DNA of 64,000 nt, taken from NCBI GenBank assembly GCA_963809215.1, contig CAWEIJ010000002.1, forward strand, positions 2,019,220 through 2,083,219, given 5' to 3'. This DNA comes from an uncultured Chloroflexia bacterium. Lineage in GTDB: Bacteria > Chloroflexota > Limnocylindria > Limnocylindrales > CSP1-4. This document shows, piece after piece, positions 51,939 to 61,489 of this stretch. Position 1 is the stretch's first letter; every line of letters starts with the position of its first letter. The notes beneath the pieces are model-generated. The model was given only the letters and a program-made list of their open reading frames with translations, searched no databases and was not told the DNA's origin. The position numbers and the translations under genes are program-made.

Positions 51939-53306
51939 TCAGCAGGTCCCCGGTGATCCCAGGGCCGGTGCGAGCGGTGCGTGGGAGGTGATCACGCTCC
52001 AGACCGCCGGCGTGGCGGGGCTCACCTCGTACCGGGAGGCTCCAAGCCGGCAACCCAGGTTCCAGAAGACGTAGGCCGCAACGCCGCCGGCCGCTCCGGC
52101 CTGGTAGACGTCGGCGAAGAAGCTGGCACGGCCAGTTGCGAGCCCGTTGTAGATGACGCCCGGCATCGCGGCTCCATCGCCCGATCCCTGGGGCATCCCG
52201 AACTCGCCGTCGAAGAGCGGCTTGTGGATGGATCGCGCGTATGCCGCGATGGCCGGCATCAGGTCGAGGTCATGGCGCGAGTACGTCTTGAACCCGACGA
52301 TGTCGTTGCCGGGCAGTGCGTACAGGGTCTGCCACCAGGGAAGCGCGGGTGTCTCGTCCTCCATGTGGTTGAAGGCACCGAGCGTCACCAGGTGGTTCGG
52401 GTCGCCCGCGTGGACCATCGCGAGGGTCGACCGGTAGAACGTCGTCAGGCGGTCGAGATCGGACGGCGATCGCGGCGCGGTCGGCTCGCCAACGATGTAG
52501 TAGAACGCGATCCCGGGCTCCTTCGCGTAGCGCGCCGTGGCGAAGGCGATGAACGGGCGCCACGCCTCCGGGTCGAACGGGTCGCGACCCTGGCTGACCA
52601 GCACCCAGCGCATGGCCGAGAGGTCCATCACGACGAACATGTGCCGCGCGCGGGCAGCCTGGACCAGGTAGTCGAGGTTCTGCCAGACGACGGGATCCGC
52701 CCAGTCCTGGTTGGCCGTGCGGCTGTCCCACTCGTCGGTCGGGCGCACGAGGTTGAGGCCGGCGCGCGCGCCCAGGTCGAGCATTGCGTCGATGTAGCTC
52801 CGGAAGGTCGTCGTGTGCCACGCCGCGGCGCCCCCGATGATCCCCGGGTACATCGTGAACCCGGACAGCGGCACAGGCCGCGACCGACAGGTGAACCGCC
52901 TGCCGTCCGTCGCGAGGAAGCTCCCGGCTCCGGCCGCCAGGCCGGCGAGGCACGGCGCTTCGGCCGCTCCGGTCGTGGCTCGAGAGCCGGCCGAGGCAAG
53001 CGTGGCGGCGATGGGCGCCTGCGTCCCGATCGCGAGCGCGGACGCTGCCGCGGCGGGCCCCGGGCTCGCGGCCGCGGGCTCGTCCGCCGTGGCCAGCGGC
53101 ACCTGCGTGCCGTTCGCGGGCGCCTCCGTCGCGGCAGGTGGCGCCTGGGTCGCCGGTGCCGGGGGAGCGGTCAGGCTCGCCGGGGTCGTCGTGGCGGACG
53201 GCTGCGTCGCCGCGACCAATGGCGGCGCCGACGAGCACGCGGCAACCGCGGAGACGACCAGCACGGACAGCAGGCGGACACGCCAGCCAGTCCCGTGACC
53301 TGTCAT
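51939..53306 (-). CDS. clan GH-A (GH5-like) glycoside hydrolase lipoprotein with Ala/Pro-rich linker
   Basis: Lipobox LLSVLVVSAVAACSS; (beta/alpha)8 pattern with a GEFG nucleophile-like motif. Confidence 0.65.
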   Translation of the reverse strand: MTGHGTGWRVRLLSVLVVSAVAACSSAPPLVAATQPSATTTPASLTAPPAPATQAPPAATEAPANGTQVPLATADEPAAASPGPAAAASALAIGTQAPIAATLASAGSRATTGAAEAPCLAGLAAGAGSFLATDGRRFTCRSRPVPLSGFTMYPGIIGGAAAWHTTTFRSYIDAMLDLGARAGLNLVRPTDEWDSRTANQDWADPVVWQNLDYLVQAARARHMFVVMDLSAMRWVLVSQGRDPFDPEAWRPFIAFATARYAKEPGIAFYYIVGEPTAPRSPSDLDRLTTFYRSTLAMVHAGDPNHLVTLGAFNHMEDETPALPWWQTLYALPGNDIVGFKTYSRHDLDLMPAIAAYARSIHKPLFDGEFGMPQGSGDGAAMPGVIYNGLATGRASFFADVYQAGAAGGVAAYVFWNLGCRLGASRYEVSPATPAVWSVITSHAPLAPALGSPGTC

Positions 53307-53334
53307 CGTCCGTGCGCGCTCCCGTCGTGGCCCG

Positions 53335-55131
53335 TCAGCCGGCGGGCCCCACGCCCACGTCGATCAGCCGCCAGCTGTTGCCGCCCGACGAGAACGTCCG
53401 CACGATCGTGCCGGTCCCCGACGGGTTGTCGTAGATGCCGGGGTAGGCGCGGTTGAGCGCGTCGAGCTCCGCGTAGCCAACGTTCTCGGGCACGAGCAGG
53501 TAGCGGACGCCGAACGACTGTGGAGACGACAGGGCGGCCTGGAAGTCGCGGTCCGTGGTGATCACGAACTGGCGTGGCCGCATCGACTGGAGCACAACCG
53601 GGAAGCCCGAGGAGACGTCGACGAGCACCTGGCCATCGCGAAGGCCGAGCGAGTCGACATAGGCGGCGACCTCGCGGCCCACCTCGTACTGCCCGAGGGG
53701 CGAGACCGTTCCGAACTCCGGGCCGATGTGGACGATCGGCCGAAGGAAGAACCCTTCACCTCCCTCGGTCGGGTTATTGCGCTCGTCAAGCATCGTCAGC
53801 GTCCCCACCGGGACGGTGACGAACAGGAGCAGCACGATCAACGCGGTGGCCCAGCGATGCGCGTCGACCGCCCACTGCAGCCGAGCCGGCAACGCCTGTG
53901 CGACGCGCCCCGCGCCGCGCCGAGCCGGTCGCGCCACCGCCGCGAGGATCCGGGCCGGGACCGCGACGCCGCGGCGCCTGGAGACCGCGGGCAGGATGTC
54001 GGGCAGCCTGCCGGGACGCGAGCCCAGCACGGCCGCGGCGAGGAGGCAGTCCAGGGGGATCACGGCGATCGAGTAGCGCAGCCAGCCGAGGGTCCGGCCC
54101 GTCAGGAACCCGAAGACGGACCAGGCCACGACCATGCCGAGCGTCGCGAGAACTGCCATCGCGGCCGCGTTCGGCCGCCTGCGGCCGGCGATGAGTCCCA
54201 GCGGGACGAGCGCGAGGACGGCGGGCGACAGGCCAATGACCTGTCGTGCGATGTAGACGTAGCCGGCCGCGGTTCCCTGGCCCGTGTGAACGGAGACGTC
54301 GGCGGCTGCCAGCGCGAGCTGGGACGCGATGCCGTAGACCGAGGTGAACTGCTCGAACGGGTTCCCAACGATCAGGAGGCTCGCGAACGCGAACCCGACG
54401 AAGGCCGCGACGGCCGGCACGAGGAGGACCGTGGCGTCGGCAAGCCCGGTCAGCGCGCGCCTTCGGCCGGTGCCATGGGCCCGGAGGGCCCCGACCACGC
54501 CGACGAGCGCGGCAGCGCCCAGCGCGGCGGGAATCGCCTCGTATCGCGTGAGATAGCCGAGCGCGAGCGCGATGCCGCCGAGAACGAGGGCCGCCAGCGT
54601 CCCGTCACGCAGCCACCGGGCGACATACCGGGCCGCCACGATGAGGGTGAGCATGAAGACCGCCTCGCTCATCCCGTTCGCGGCGTAGTAGACGACCATC
54701 GGGTGGAGCGCGAACACGGCGACGATCGCCGCCCGCGTCCGCCCGTTCACGCCCCAGTCGGTGGCGGACTCCCATACCTGCCAGACGGCCGCGGCCATGC
54801 ACGCGGCGCTCACGATGGAGCCGGCGAATCCCACCGCGACGAGGTCCGGCCAGATCCGCCAGAAGAGGATGAGCGGAAGCGTGAGCAGCGATGGAAGCGG
54901 GCCCCAGACGAAGCCGATCGCCGCGAGGTGCGGGTCCCGGCTGAAGAGCATGTAGTCGGCGTTGCCGACCCGGCTCCAGGCGTCCCCGACGATGCTGTGG
55001 AACCCGAGCACGAGGATCGCGGCCGCCACCAGGTAGCCGGCGAACGACAGGAGGAAGATCGCGCGGGCAGGCGTGATCGCGGCGACGGGGATCGCCAGCC
55101 TGCGGGCCGGCAGGCGCTCAGCCAGCAGCAT
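53335..55131 (-). CDS. polytopic membrane protein, GT-C-fold glycosyltransferase-like (ArnT/PMT/GT39-like architecture: ~12 TM segments plus a C-terminal ~200-aa soluble domain)
   Basis: Hydrophobicity pattern only, with no confidently recognised catalytic motif. Overlaps the upstream GT2 gene by 14 nt. Confidence 0.5.
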   Translation of the reverse strand: MLLAERLPARRLAIPVAAITPARAIFLLSFAGYLVAAAILVLGFHSIVGDAWSRVGNADYMLFSRDPHLAAIGFVWGPLPSLLTLPLILFWRIWPDLVAVGFAGSIVSAACMAAAVWQVWESATDWGVNGRTRAAIVAVFALHPMVVYYAANGMSEAVFMLTLIVAARYVARWLRDGTLAALVLGGIALALGYLTRYEAIPAALGAAALVGVVGALRAHGTGRRRALTGLADATVLLVPAVAAFVGFAFASLLIVGNPFEQFTSVYGIASQLALAAADVSVHTGQGTAAGYVYIARQVIGLSPAVLALVPLGLIAGRRRPNAAAMAVLATLGMVVAWSVFGFLTGRTLGWLRYSIAVIPLDCLLAAAVLGSRPGRLPDILPAVSRRRGVAVPARILAAVARPARRGAGRVAQALPARLQWAVDAHRWATALIVLLLFVTVPVGTLTMLDERNNPTEGGEGFFLRPIVHIGPEFGTVSPLGQYEVGREVAAYVDSLGLRDGQVLVDVSSGFPVVLQSMRPRQFVITTDRDFQAALSSPQSFGVRYLLVPENVGYAELDALNRAYPGIYDNPSGTGTIVRTFSSGGNSWRLIDVGVGPAG

Positions 55132-56788
55132 CGGGCAGCGCCTCGGTTCCCTTCGGGGCCGCGTGCAGGAGGTCGAGCCCGTGGGCCGTCTTCTCCCAGA
55201 ACGACGGGGCGACGATCAGCTGGACGAGCGCCTTGATCGCGGCGATCGACATCATGGTCCAGTAGACCGGTGCCGCCAGCGCCGCGAACGTCAGGGCCGA
55301 GCCGTTCTCGCGGTGCGCCGAGACCAGGCTCGTGTACAGGAACACGAAGTTGCCGAGCACGAACGAGAGCAGCGACAGGTAGTACACCCAGGCCGGGAAG
55401 AGCGCCTGGATCACCGGCGGATGGATGACGAACCATGCCAGCGTGAGCAGCCAGAACATCGGGTTGACGATCGCGAGCAGCGGCGTACCCAGCACGAACA
55501 GGCAGAACCCGGCGAACCCCATCGGCCCGAGCTCGCGCCACAGGCGCCCCGGCTCGCGCATGTGGACGAGCCAGGTCTGGAGGTAGCCCTTGTACCAGCG
55601 TGAGCGCTGCTTGACCCAGTTCACGAAGTCGCTGTTCGCCTCCTCGAGCGTGACCGAGTCGAGGAGCCGGGTCCGATAGCCGGCGCGATGGAGGCGGACG
55701 CCCAGGTCGGCGTCCTCGGTGACGTTCTACGGATCCCATCCGCCGATCGACTCGAGGATCTCTCGCCGGAAGTGGTTCGACGTTCCGCCGAGCGGGATCG
55801 GTGCCTGCGCATCCACGAGGCCCGGAAGCAGCTCGGAGAACCACAGCGCGTACTCGGCCGTGAACCAGCGGGTCAGCAGGTTCTGCTCGGCGTTGTGGTA
55901 GCTCAGCCGGGCCTGGAGACAGGCCACGTTCGCGTCCACTTTCGCGAACGCCGCGACCGCCCGGCGGAGCTGGAGCGAGTCGGGTCGGTCCTCGGCGTCG
56001 TAGATGGTCAGGAACTCGCCGCGGGCGGCGGCCAGCCCGACGAGGCAGGCCTTGGGCTTGGTCTTCGGGATCGAATGGGGCACCCTGACGATCTGGATGT
56101 ACGGCGGCGGGTTCCGCGCCTCGGCGGCCTGGATCGTCTCGAGGTCGTCCTCCTCGAGGAGCAGCTTGATGTCGAGCTTCTCGTGCGGGTAGTTCATGGC
56201 GGCGAGCGACGCGATCAGGCGTGCCATGATCGAGGGCTCCCGGTACGCGGGCACGAGGACCGTGTAGACCGGCAGGTCCTCGGGGCGGAGCGCCTTCGCC
56301 TCCTCGTCCGAGATCGCGATGCCACGCGGGCGGCTGAGCGACCGCGCGAAGATCACCGCCCGGTAGAGCAGGGCGGCGAGGTATGCAAGCGTCACGATCG
56401 TGATCCCGGCGATCGCGACTCCCACCGGCGCGACGATGCCGGCAGCCACCACGACGAGGGCGAGGATGCCCAGCCAGCGCCGCTGCCCGCGGCTGAGGGT
56501 GGTGCGGGCCGACATGTGGGGCGGCAGCTCCGGCATGGCCCGCACGACGGGCGCCGGACGCAGCGCGTCCTCGGGCCGGGGCCCGGCCGCCGACGCGGCC
56601 TGGCCGGGCTCAACGTCCGCGGGCACGCGGATCCGGACGCCGCATCGGTCGCAGCGCTCCTGGCCGACGTGCACCCGCGATCGGCAGAACCAGCAGCGGC
56701 CTGCGTGCGCGCCGGCGTTCATCGGCACGGCCGCCGCTGGCGCGCGGCCGGCGCCTGCGTCCGAACTGGCCAGGTCGGCGACCGTCAC
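55118..56788 (-). pseudogene. family-2 processive glycosyltransferase (cellulose/chitin/PNAG-synthase-like; DAED...TED...QRSRW) with N-terminal CxxC-x12-CxxC zinc-ribbon. Interrupted by an in-frame TAG at 55727-55729 between the GGWDP and NVTEDADLG motifs.
   Basis: ORFs 55727..57292 and 55118..55624 are in the same frame, separated only by the TAG. GTG start overlaps the exosortase stop (GTGA). Confidence 0.7.
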
Positions 56789-58410
56789 GAGACGGCCTTC
56801 TGGAGCTGGTCGGCGACGATGGCGCGCCCCATCGACACGAGGAAGTCGTCCGTCGACTGGAACCGCGGAGCGGCGGCCGTCGGTCCGGAGGCGGCGCCCG
56901 AGAACGTCGCGCCCGGCCCACCGGTCACGAAGATCACGACCCGCTCGAAGTAGGTCCCGGTGCCATCCGTGTAGGGCCACTCCCACCACAGGGCGGACCA
57001 GTCCGTCCCCTGCGAGGGGTTGTAGTAGTCGATCACCTGGCCGGTGACGCCGCTCCCCACGTCCACGGAAGAGGTGCTGTCGATCCGGTACCCGTGGAAC
57101 TGGTAGCAGGCGTCGAGACCATAGGCGGCCAGGGTGCCGGGATCGCTCGTGTTGATCACGTCGAGGTAGATCGGAACGCTTGACTGGAGGGGCGCGGACG
57201 CGTCGGACGAGTAGAGCACGCGGTTCCATGTCGCCGCGCTGCCGAAGAACTGCTGTGCCTGCGGGAAGGCGGCCACGTACTGGGCCTGCCATCCCGGGAG
57301 CTGCGGGTTGAGGGCGTTCACCGGGGCGATCCGCGCGTTCCCGAGCTCACCCGCAATGGCGGAGTATCGGGCCAGGGCGCCGTCGCTCACGCCGATGGCG
57401 ACGGCACAGGCCACGCCCACCGCGAGCGCGACCCGGACCTTCCGGACCGGCGACGGGATCGCGAGCGCCGTGTCGGGCCGCCGGACCGGGAGCGCAAGGT
57501 GGACCCCGAACCGGTGCGCCAGCGCCAGCATCACGAACAGGACGACGTCGAAGAGGACGAGACCCGCGTACGGGTGGAGCACGTCGAGGGCCGCCGCCTC
57601 GCCCCAGGCCGCCCCGGCTGCCAGGATTCCGAGGATCCGCACGACGTTGAGGACCCACACGAGCACGAGGCCGACCGCGAGCCACGTCAGGCGTCGCCGT
57701 CGCGACCCCTGGCCAAGGTCGGCGAGAACCCCGCCGAGGAGGAGATAGCCGACGAGCCCGTTCACCCCGGAGCAGGCCGACCCGATGCTCACGGCGAACG
57801 CCGAGGGGCCGGATCCGACGAAGAAGAGGGTGGGATCGCCGGGGGCCGCGCTGGCGAACGGGAGGATCGTCGTGACCCTCCCGACGGCCGCCGCCGCCAG
57901 GTCCGCGAAGGCCCGCATGGCGTCGCCCAGGACGGGTATGTAGGGGGCGGGCCACGCCAGGAACAGGAAGACGATCGGGATTTGGACGGCCCACAGGCGT
58001 CGCGTGCCGAAGAGGAGCGCGATCGTGCCGGCGACGAAGAAGGGGAGGCTCACGAGATCCAGCCGCGAGAGCCAGAACTCGGCCGACTGCGATGGCATCA
58101 GCCAGAGGATCGCGCCCGCGAGCCCGATCAGCGTGAGACCCACGATGTAGTCGAGCTGCCGGTCGTGGATCGGGAGGGGAACCGGTGACCGTGCGAGCCG
58201 GGCCCAGGCGATGACGAGCGCGAGGATCGGCACGAAGCCGAGATAGGCAAGCGGGGTCTGGAGCGTCAGCCCGCTGATGAGGCTCTCGAACGTGTAGTGG
58301 TACGCGACCGCCACGAGCGCGATGAGCGCCAGGGCGCGCCACGGCAGCCCGCGCAGGAAATCCGGCGCGGAGCCGGGAAGGCGCAGCCCGCTGGGGAGGA
58401 CGCGAGGCAT
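56785..58410 (-). CDS. exosortase/archaeosortase-family transpeptidase fused to a C-terminal EpsI-like periplasmic domain
   Basis: 8-TM core with the exosortase triad context (GSACSGVNGL Cys, LNVVRIL Arg, LHPYAG His). C-terminal ~200-aa soluble domain. Start at MPRVLPSGLRL. Confidence 0.7.
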   Translation of the reverse strand: MPRVLPSGLRLPGSAPDFLRGLPWRALALIALVAVAYHYTFESLISGLTLQTPLAYLGFVPILALVIAWARLARSPVPLPIHDRQLDYIVGLTLIGLAGAILWLMPSQSAEFWLSRLDLVSLPFFVAGTIALLFGTRRLWAVQIPIVFLFLAWPAPYIPVLGDAMRAFADLAAAAVGRVTTILPFASAAPGDPTLFFVGSGPSAFAVSIGSACSGVNGLVGYLLLGGVLADLGQGSRRRRLTWLAVGLVLVWVLNVVRILGILAAGAAWGEAAALDVLHPYAGLVLFDVVLFVMLALAHRFGVHLALPVRRPDTALAIPSPVRKVRVALAVGVACAVAIGVSDGALARYSAIAGELGNARIAPVNALNPQLPGWQAQYVAAFPQAQQFFGSAATWNRVLYSSDASAPLQSSVPIYLDVINTSDPGTLAAYGLDACYQFHGYRIDSTSSVDVGSGVTGQVIDYYNPSQGTDWSALWWEWPYTDGTGTYFERVVIFVTGGPGATFSGAASGPTAAAPRFQSTDDFLVSMGRAIVADQLQKAVS

Positions 58411-58459
58411 CGCGGAGCCTCCCCCGCCGAGGGGGGTCACGTGACGGGCCCGGGCTTGG

Positions 58460-59125
58460 CTAGCTGGTGGTGATCGACGAGTCGGTGGTGCGCCGGCGGA
58501 GCAGGAACCAGCCTGTTCCGAGGCCACCCGTGAGGATCAGCAGCGCTGCCGCCGGAACCTCGGGCACCTCGCCGCCAGGTGCGGGCGGTGGGACGCCCGG
58601 CGAGTTGTGGCAGTCCCCGCTCCGGGAGTCCACGTCACGATCGAGGATCGAGTCGAAGTGGCTGAAGATGTGCTGCGCGTTGCCCGAGGTCACGCCCGAG
58701 ATGCCAACGGAATAGTCGACGAACCCGCTGCTGGGGTAGGTGAAGCTGGCTGGGTTCCCGGCGGCTGCGTTGCTCTGGCCGCTGCAGTCCAGGCCACTGG
58801 CCACGGTGTAGGACGTCGAAGCCAGGACGACGCCACCTGAGGTGACCGTGAGCGTGTACGTCCCGCCGAACGATTGGGGCGCAGGGTCGGCCGGCTTCTG
58901 GACGCAGACGTAGTCCAGGAGGCTGGCCGGGCCGGAGCCGAACAGGCGACCGGAGACGCCGCTGCCGCCGTACACCAGCGAGCCGCAGCCGCCACCGGTG
59001 CACTCGCCCGTGGTGGTGTTGATGCTCTTGCGGAACGTGTGGGCGGACACGGCCGTCGTCGATAGGATGGAAAAGAGAAAGATCAGGACAACCGCAGCCA
59101 ACGGCCGCAGCCTTCTGCTCGACAT
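58460..59125 (-). CDS. small Cys-rich secreted protein with C-terminal PEP-CTERM-type sorting signal (VPEVP, then AAALLILTGGLGTGWFLL, then RRR); putative exosortase substrate
   Basis: N-terminal signal peptide MSSRRLRPLAAVVLIFLFSILSTTAVSA. 6 Cys. C-terminal tripartite motif read directly. Confidence 0.7.
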   Translation of the reverse strand: MSSRRLRPLAAVVLIFLFSILSTTAVSAHTFRKSINTTTGECTGGGCGSLVYGGSGVSGRLFGSGPASLLDYVCVQKPADPAPQSFGGTYTLTVTSGGVVLASTSYTVASGLDCSGQSNAAAGNPASFTYPSSGFVDYSVGISGVTSGNAQHIFSHFDSILDRDVDSRSGDCHNSPGVPPPAPGGEVPEVPAAALLILTGGLGTGWFLLRRRTTDSSITTS

Positions 59126-59807
59126 CGAGGACCCCCCTAGGAATGAACGACGCGGATACCCGCGATGATGTGGATGCCTGGCCCTCCGGGGCCGCTGCTC
59201 GAGAGCCGCTGATCCTCCTTTCGTGCCGTTGACGGAACCGGACCGCCTGTCGTGGGGCTCCGCGGCGGAGATGAAGACGACGGTCCGCGGATCCCGTGAC
59301 GAGCGATCGCGCGAAAGTTACGGGATACCGGCACCCAAATCAAGTACTTTTGGCCCTTGTGACGCACGCGAATCCGAACCGCAAGGTTCGCTGATCCCGG
59401 CTCGCCAGCGCCGCAACCGGCGCCCCCGACGTGCGACACGCAGGGATCGATCCTGGTTCGAGATGCGCGCGCGCGAGCCGGACGCGCTCGATCGACTCGC
59501 CTCCCGGGGGTGCTGGCCCACCTTCTCGATGCGCCTGGCGGAACAGCCGGCAGCACGCGGGCGACTGCATCTGGCAAGAGGAGTGCGACGCCTTCCGCCG
59601 ACGTCGTGGGTCGGCCCTGGTCCGCTCGCGCGGTCGTCGCCGGACCGACTCCCCTGCCCTGCCCATCGCGCTGCCGCTGTCCGCCGACGTCGGGACCTCC
59701 CGCGCGCCTGATCGGCGCCGGCCTCGGCGTGGCGGGCGGGCGTGGCGGGAAGGAGTCGGCTCGTCTACCGTTACGCGGGGCACGAGACGCGAGGAGGTCG
59801 AGGGCGC

Positions 59808-60089
59808 ATGCGCATGACGGACCTGAAGCCGGGCTGGGCCATCGTCGGCAACGACGGGCGCCGCCTCGGCACGGTCCAGAGCGTGGGCCAGAACTACATC
59901 ATCGCGTCGCGATCGGGGCTCGCCGGCCCGCTCTACGTGCCCGCGTCCAACGTCGCCAACGTGGAGAACGAGGTCGTCTACCTCAACCTCGCGAAGCGTG
60001 AGGCCGACCAGATGGGCTGGGAGCAGCCGCCCCGCAACCCGGACGCCCCGGATGCGACGCAGGCGACGGACCTGCACCGGCACGTCTGA
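59808..60089 (+). CDS. small conserved hypothetical protein (DUF2171/PRC-barrel-like)
   Basis: MRMTDLKPGWAIVGNDGRRLGTVQSV...YIIASRSGLAGPLYVPASNVANVENEVVYLNL pattern. The longer ORF-track start at 59742 is less likely. Confidence 0.5.
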   Translation: MRMTDLKPGWAIVGNDGRRLGTVQSVGQNYIIASRSGLAGPLYVPASNVANVENEVVYLNLAKREADQMGWEQPPRNPDAPDATQATDLHRHV

Positions 60090-60169
60090 CCACGCCGCGT
60101 GAGGGGCCAGGCCATCGGTCCGAGGCAGTCGGGCCGCATCCGCCCGACACGCCCGTCGATCACCGGGAC

Positions 60170-61480
60170 ATGACCGCGGCGTCGGAGCGCGGCGCGCGCC
60201 GCTGGCCGGGAGCGCTTCGCCACCGCAACTTCCGGCTCTTCTGGTTCGGCCAGCTGATCTCGCTGGCCGGGACATGGATGCAGTCGCTCGCCCAGGCGTG
60301 GCTCGTCCTCCTCCTGACCCACGACCCGCTCTGGCTGGGCTTCGTGGCCGCGATCCAGTTCCTTCCGGTGCTCGTCCTCGGGCTGTTCGGGGGCGTGATC
60401 GCGGACGTCCTGCCCAAGCGCACAACGATCGTCGGGACCCAGGTCGCCTCGATGCTCCTGGCGTTCGCTCTCGCCGCGCTCACCTTCGCAAACGTCGTGC
60501 AGGTGTGGCACATCCTTGTTCTCGCCGCGCTGCTCGGGCTCGTCAACGCCGTCGACATGCCGACGCGCCAGGCGTTCGTGGTCGAGATGGTGGGTCGAGC
60601 CGACGTCACGAACGCGGTCGGGCTGAACTCGGCGATCTTCAACGCCGCCCGGATCGTCGGGCCGGCGATCGGCGGCCTCCTCATCGGCGCCCTGGGCGTG
60701 ACGGCCTGCTTCTTCCTCAACGGCCTCAGCTTCCTCGCGGTGATCGTCGGGCTGCTCATGATGCGCGAGGCCGAGCTCCTGCCGGCCGCCCGGCTCGCCC
60801 GGCCGACGAGCGTGCGAGACGTGGCGGACACCCTGGCCGAAGGGCTGCGCTACGTGCGGGCGACCCCGGTCGTCCTGCTCGCCGTCGTCCTCGTTGGGCT
60901 GGTCTCCACCTTCGCGATGAACTTCAACGTCGTCGCCCCGGCGCTGGCGCAGACCGTGCTGGGCGTCGGGGCCACCGGACTCGGGTTCCTGATGGCGTCG
61001 ATGGGGCTCGGGTCGCTCACCGCCGCGCTCCTCGTGGCGTCGCTCGACCGGCCGCGGCCGACGATCATCGTCATCGGCGCGTTCGGCCTCGGCGCGCTCG
61101 AGATCGTCCTCGGCGGCGTGAGCTCCTACCCGGTCGCGCTCGTCGCCATGTACGGCGCCGGCTTCGCCGCGATCGCCATGATGGTGTCGGCGAACACCTC
61201 GATCCAGCTGGCGGTGCCCGACCGGCTCCGCGGCCGCGTTCTCTCCGTCTACACGACCGTCTTCGCGGGCTCGACCCCGATCGGCGCGCCGATCATCGGC
61301 TGGCTCGCGTCCGCCTTCAGCACGCAGGTCGCCCTGGTCGTGGGCGGCGGGATCGCGCTGGTCGCCGCGCTCGTGGCCGGCGCCTGGGTCGCCCGCGGCG
61401 GCCTTACGTCCGCGGGCTCCGCAGGGGCGGCAGGACGCCGCCGCCAGGCTGCCGTCAGCCCGGGGGAAGGCGCGCCGTAG
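60170..61480 (+). CDS. MFS transporter (EntS/MFS_3-like, 12 TM)
   Basis: FRLFWFGQLISLAGTWMQSLAQAW N-terminus typical of this MFS subfamily. Confidence 0.85.
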   Translation: MTAASERGARRWPGALRHRNFRLFWFGQLISLAGTWMQSLAQAWLVLLLTHDPLWLGFVAAIQFLPVLVLGLFGGVIADVLPKRTTIVGTQVASMLLAFALAALTFANVVQVWHILVLAALLGLVNAVDMPTRQAFVVEMVGRADVTNAVGLNSAIFNAARIVGPAIGGLLIGALGVTACFFLNGLSFLAVIVGLLMMREAELLPAARLARPTSVRDVADTLAEGLRYVRATPVVLLAVVLVGLVSTFAMNFNVVAPALAQTVLGVGATGLGFLMASMGLGSLTAALLVASLDRPRPTIIVIGAFGLGALEIVLGGVSSYPVALVAMYGAGFAAIAMMVSANTSIQLAVPDRLRGRVLSVYTTVFAGSTPIGAPIIGWLASAFSTQVALVVGGGIALVAALVAGAWVARGGLTSAGSAGAAGRRRQAAVSPGEGAP

Positions 61481-61489
61481 GCGGCGCCC

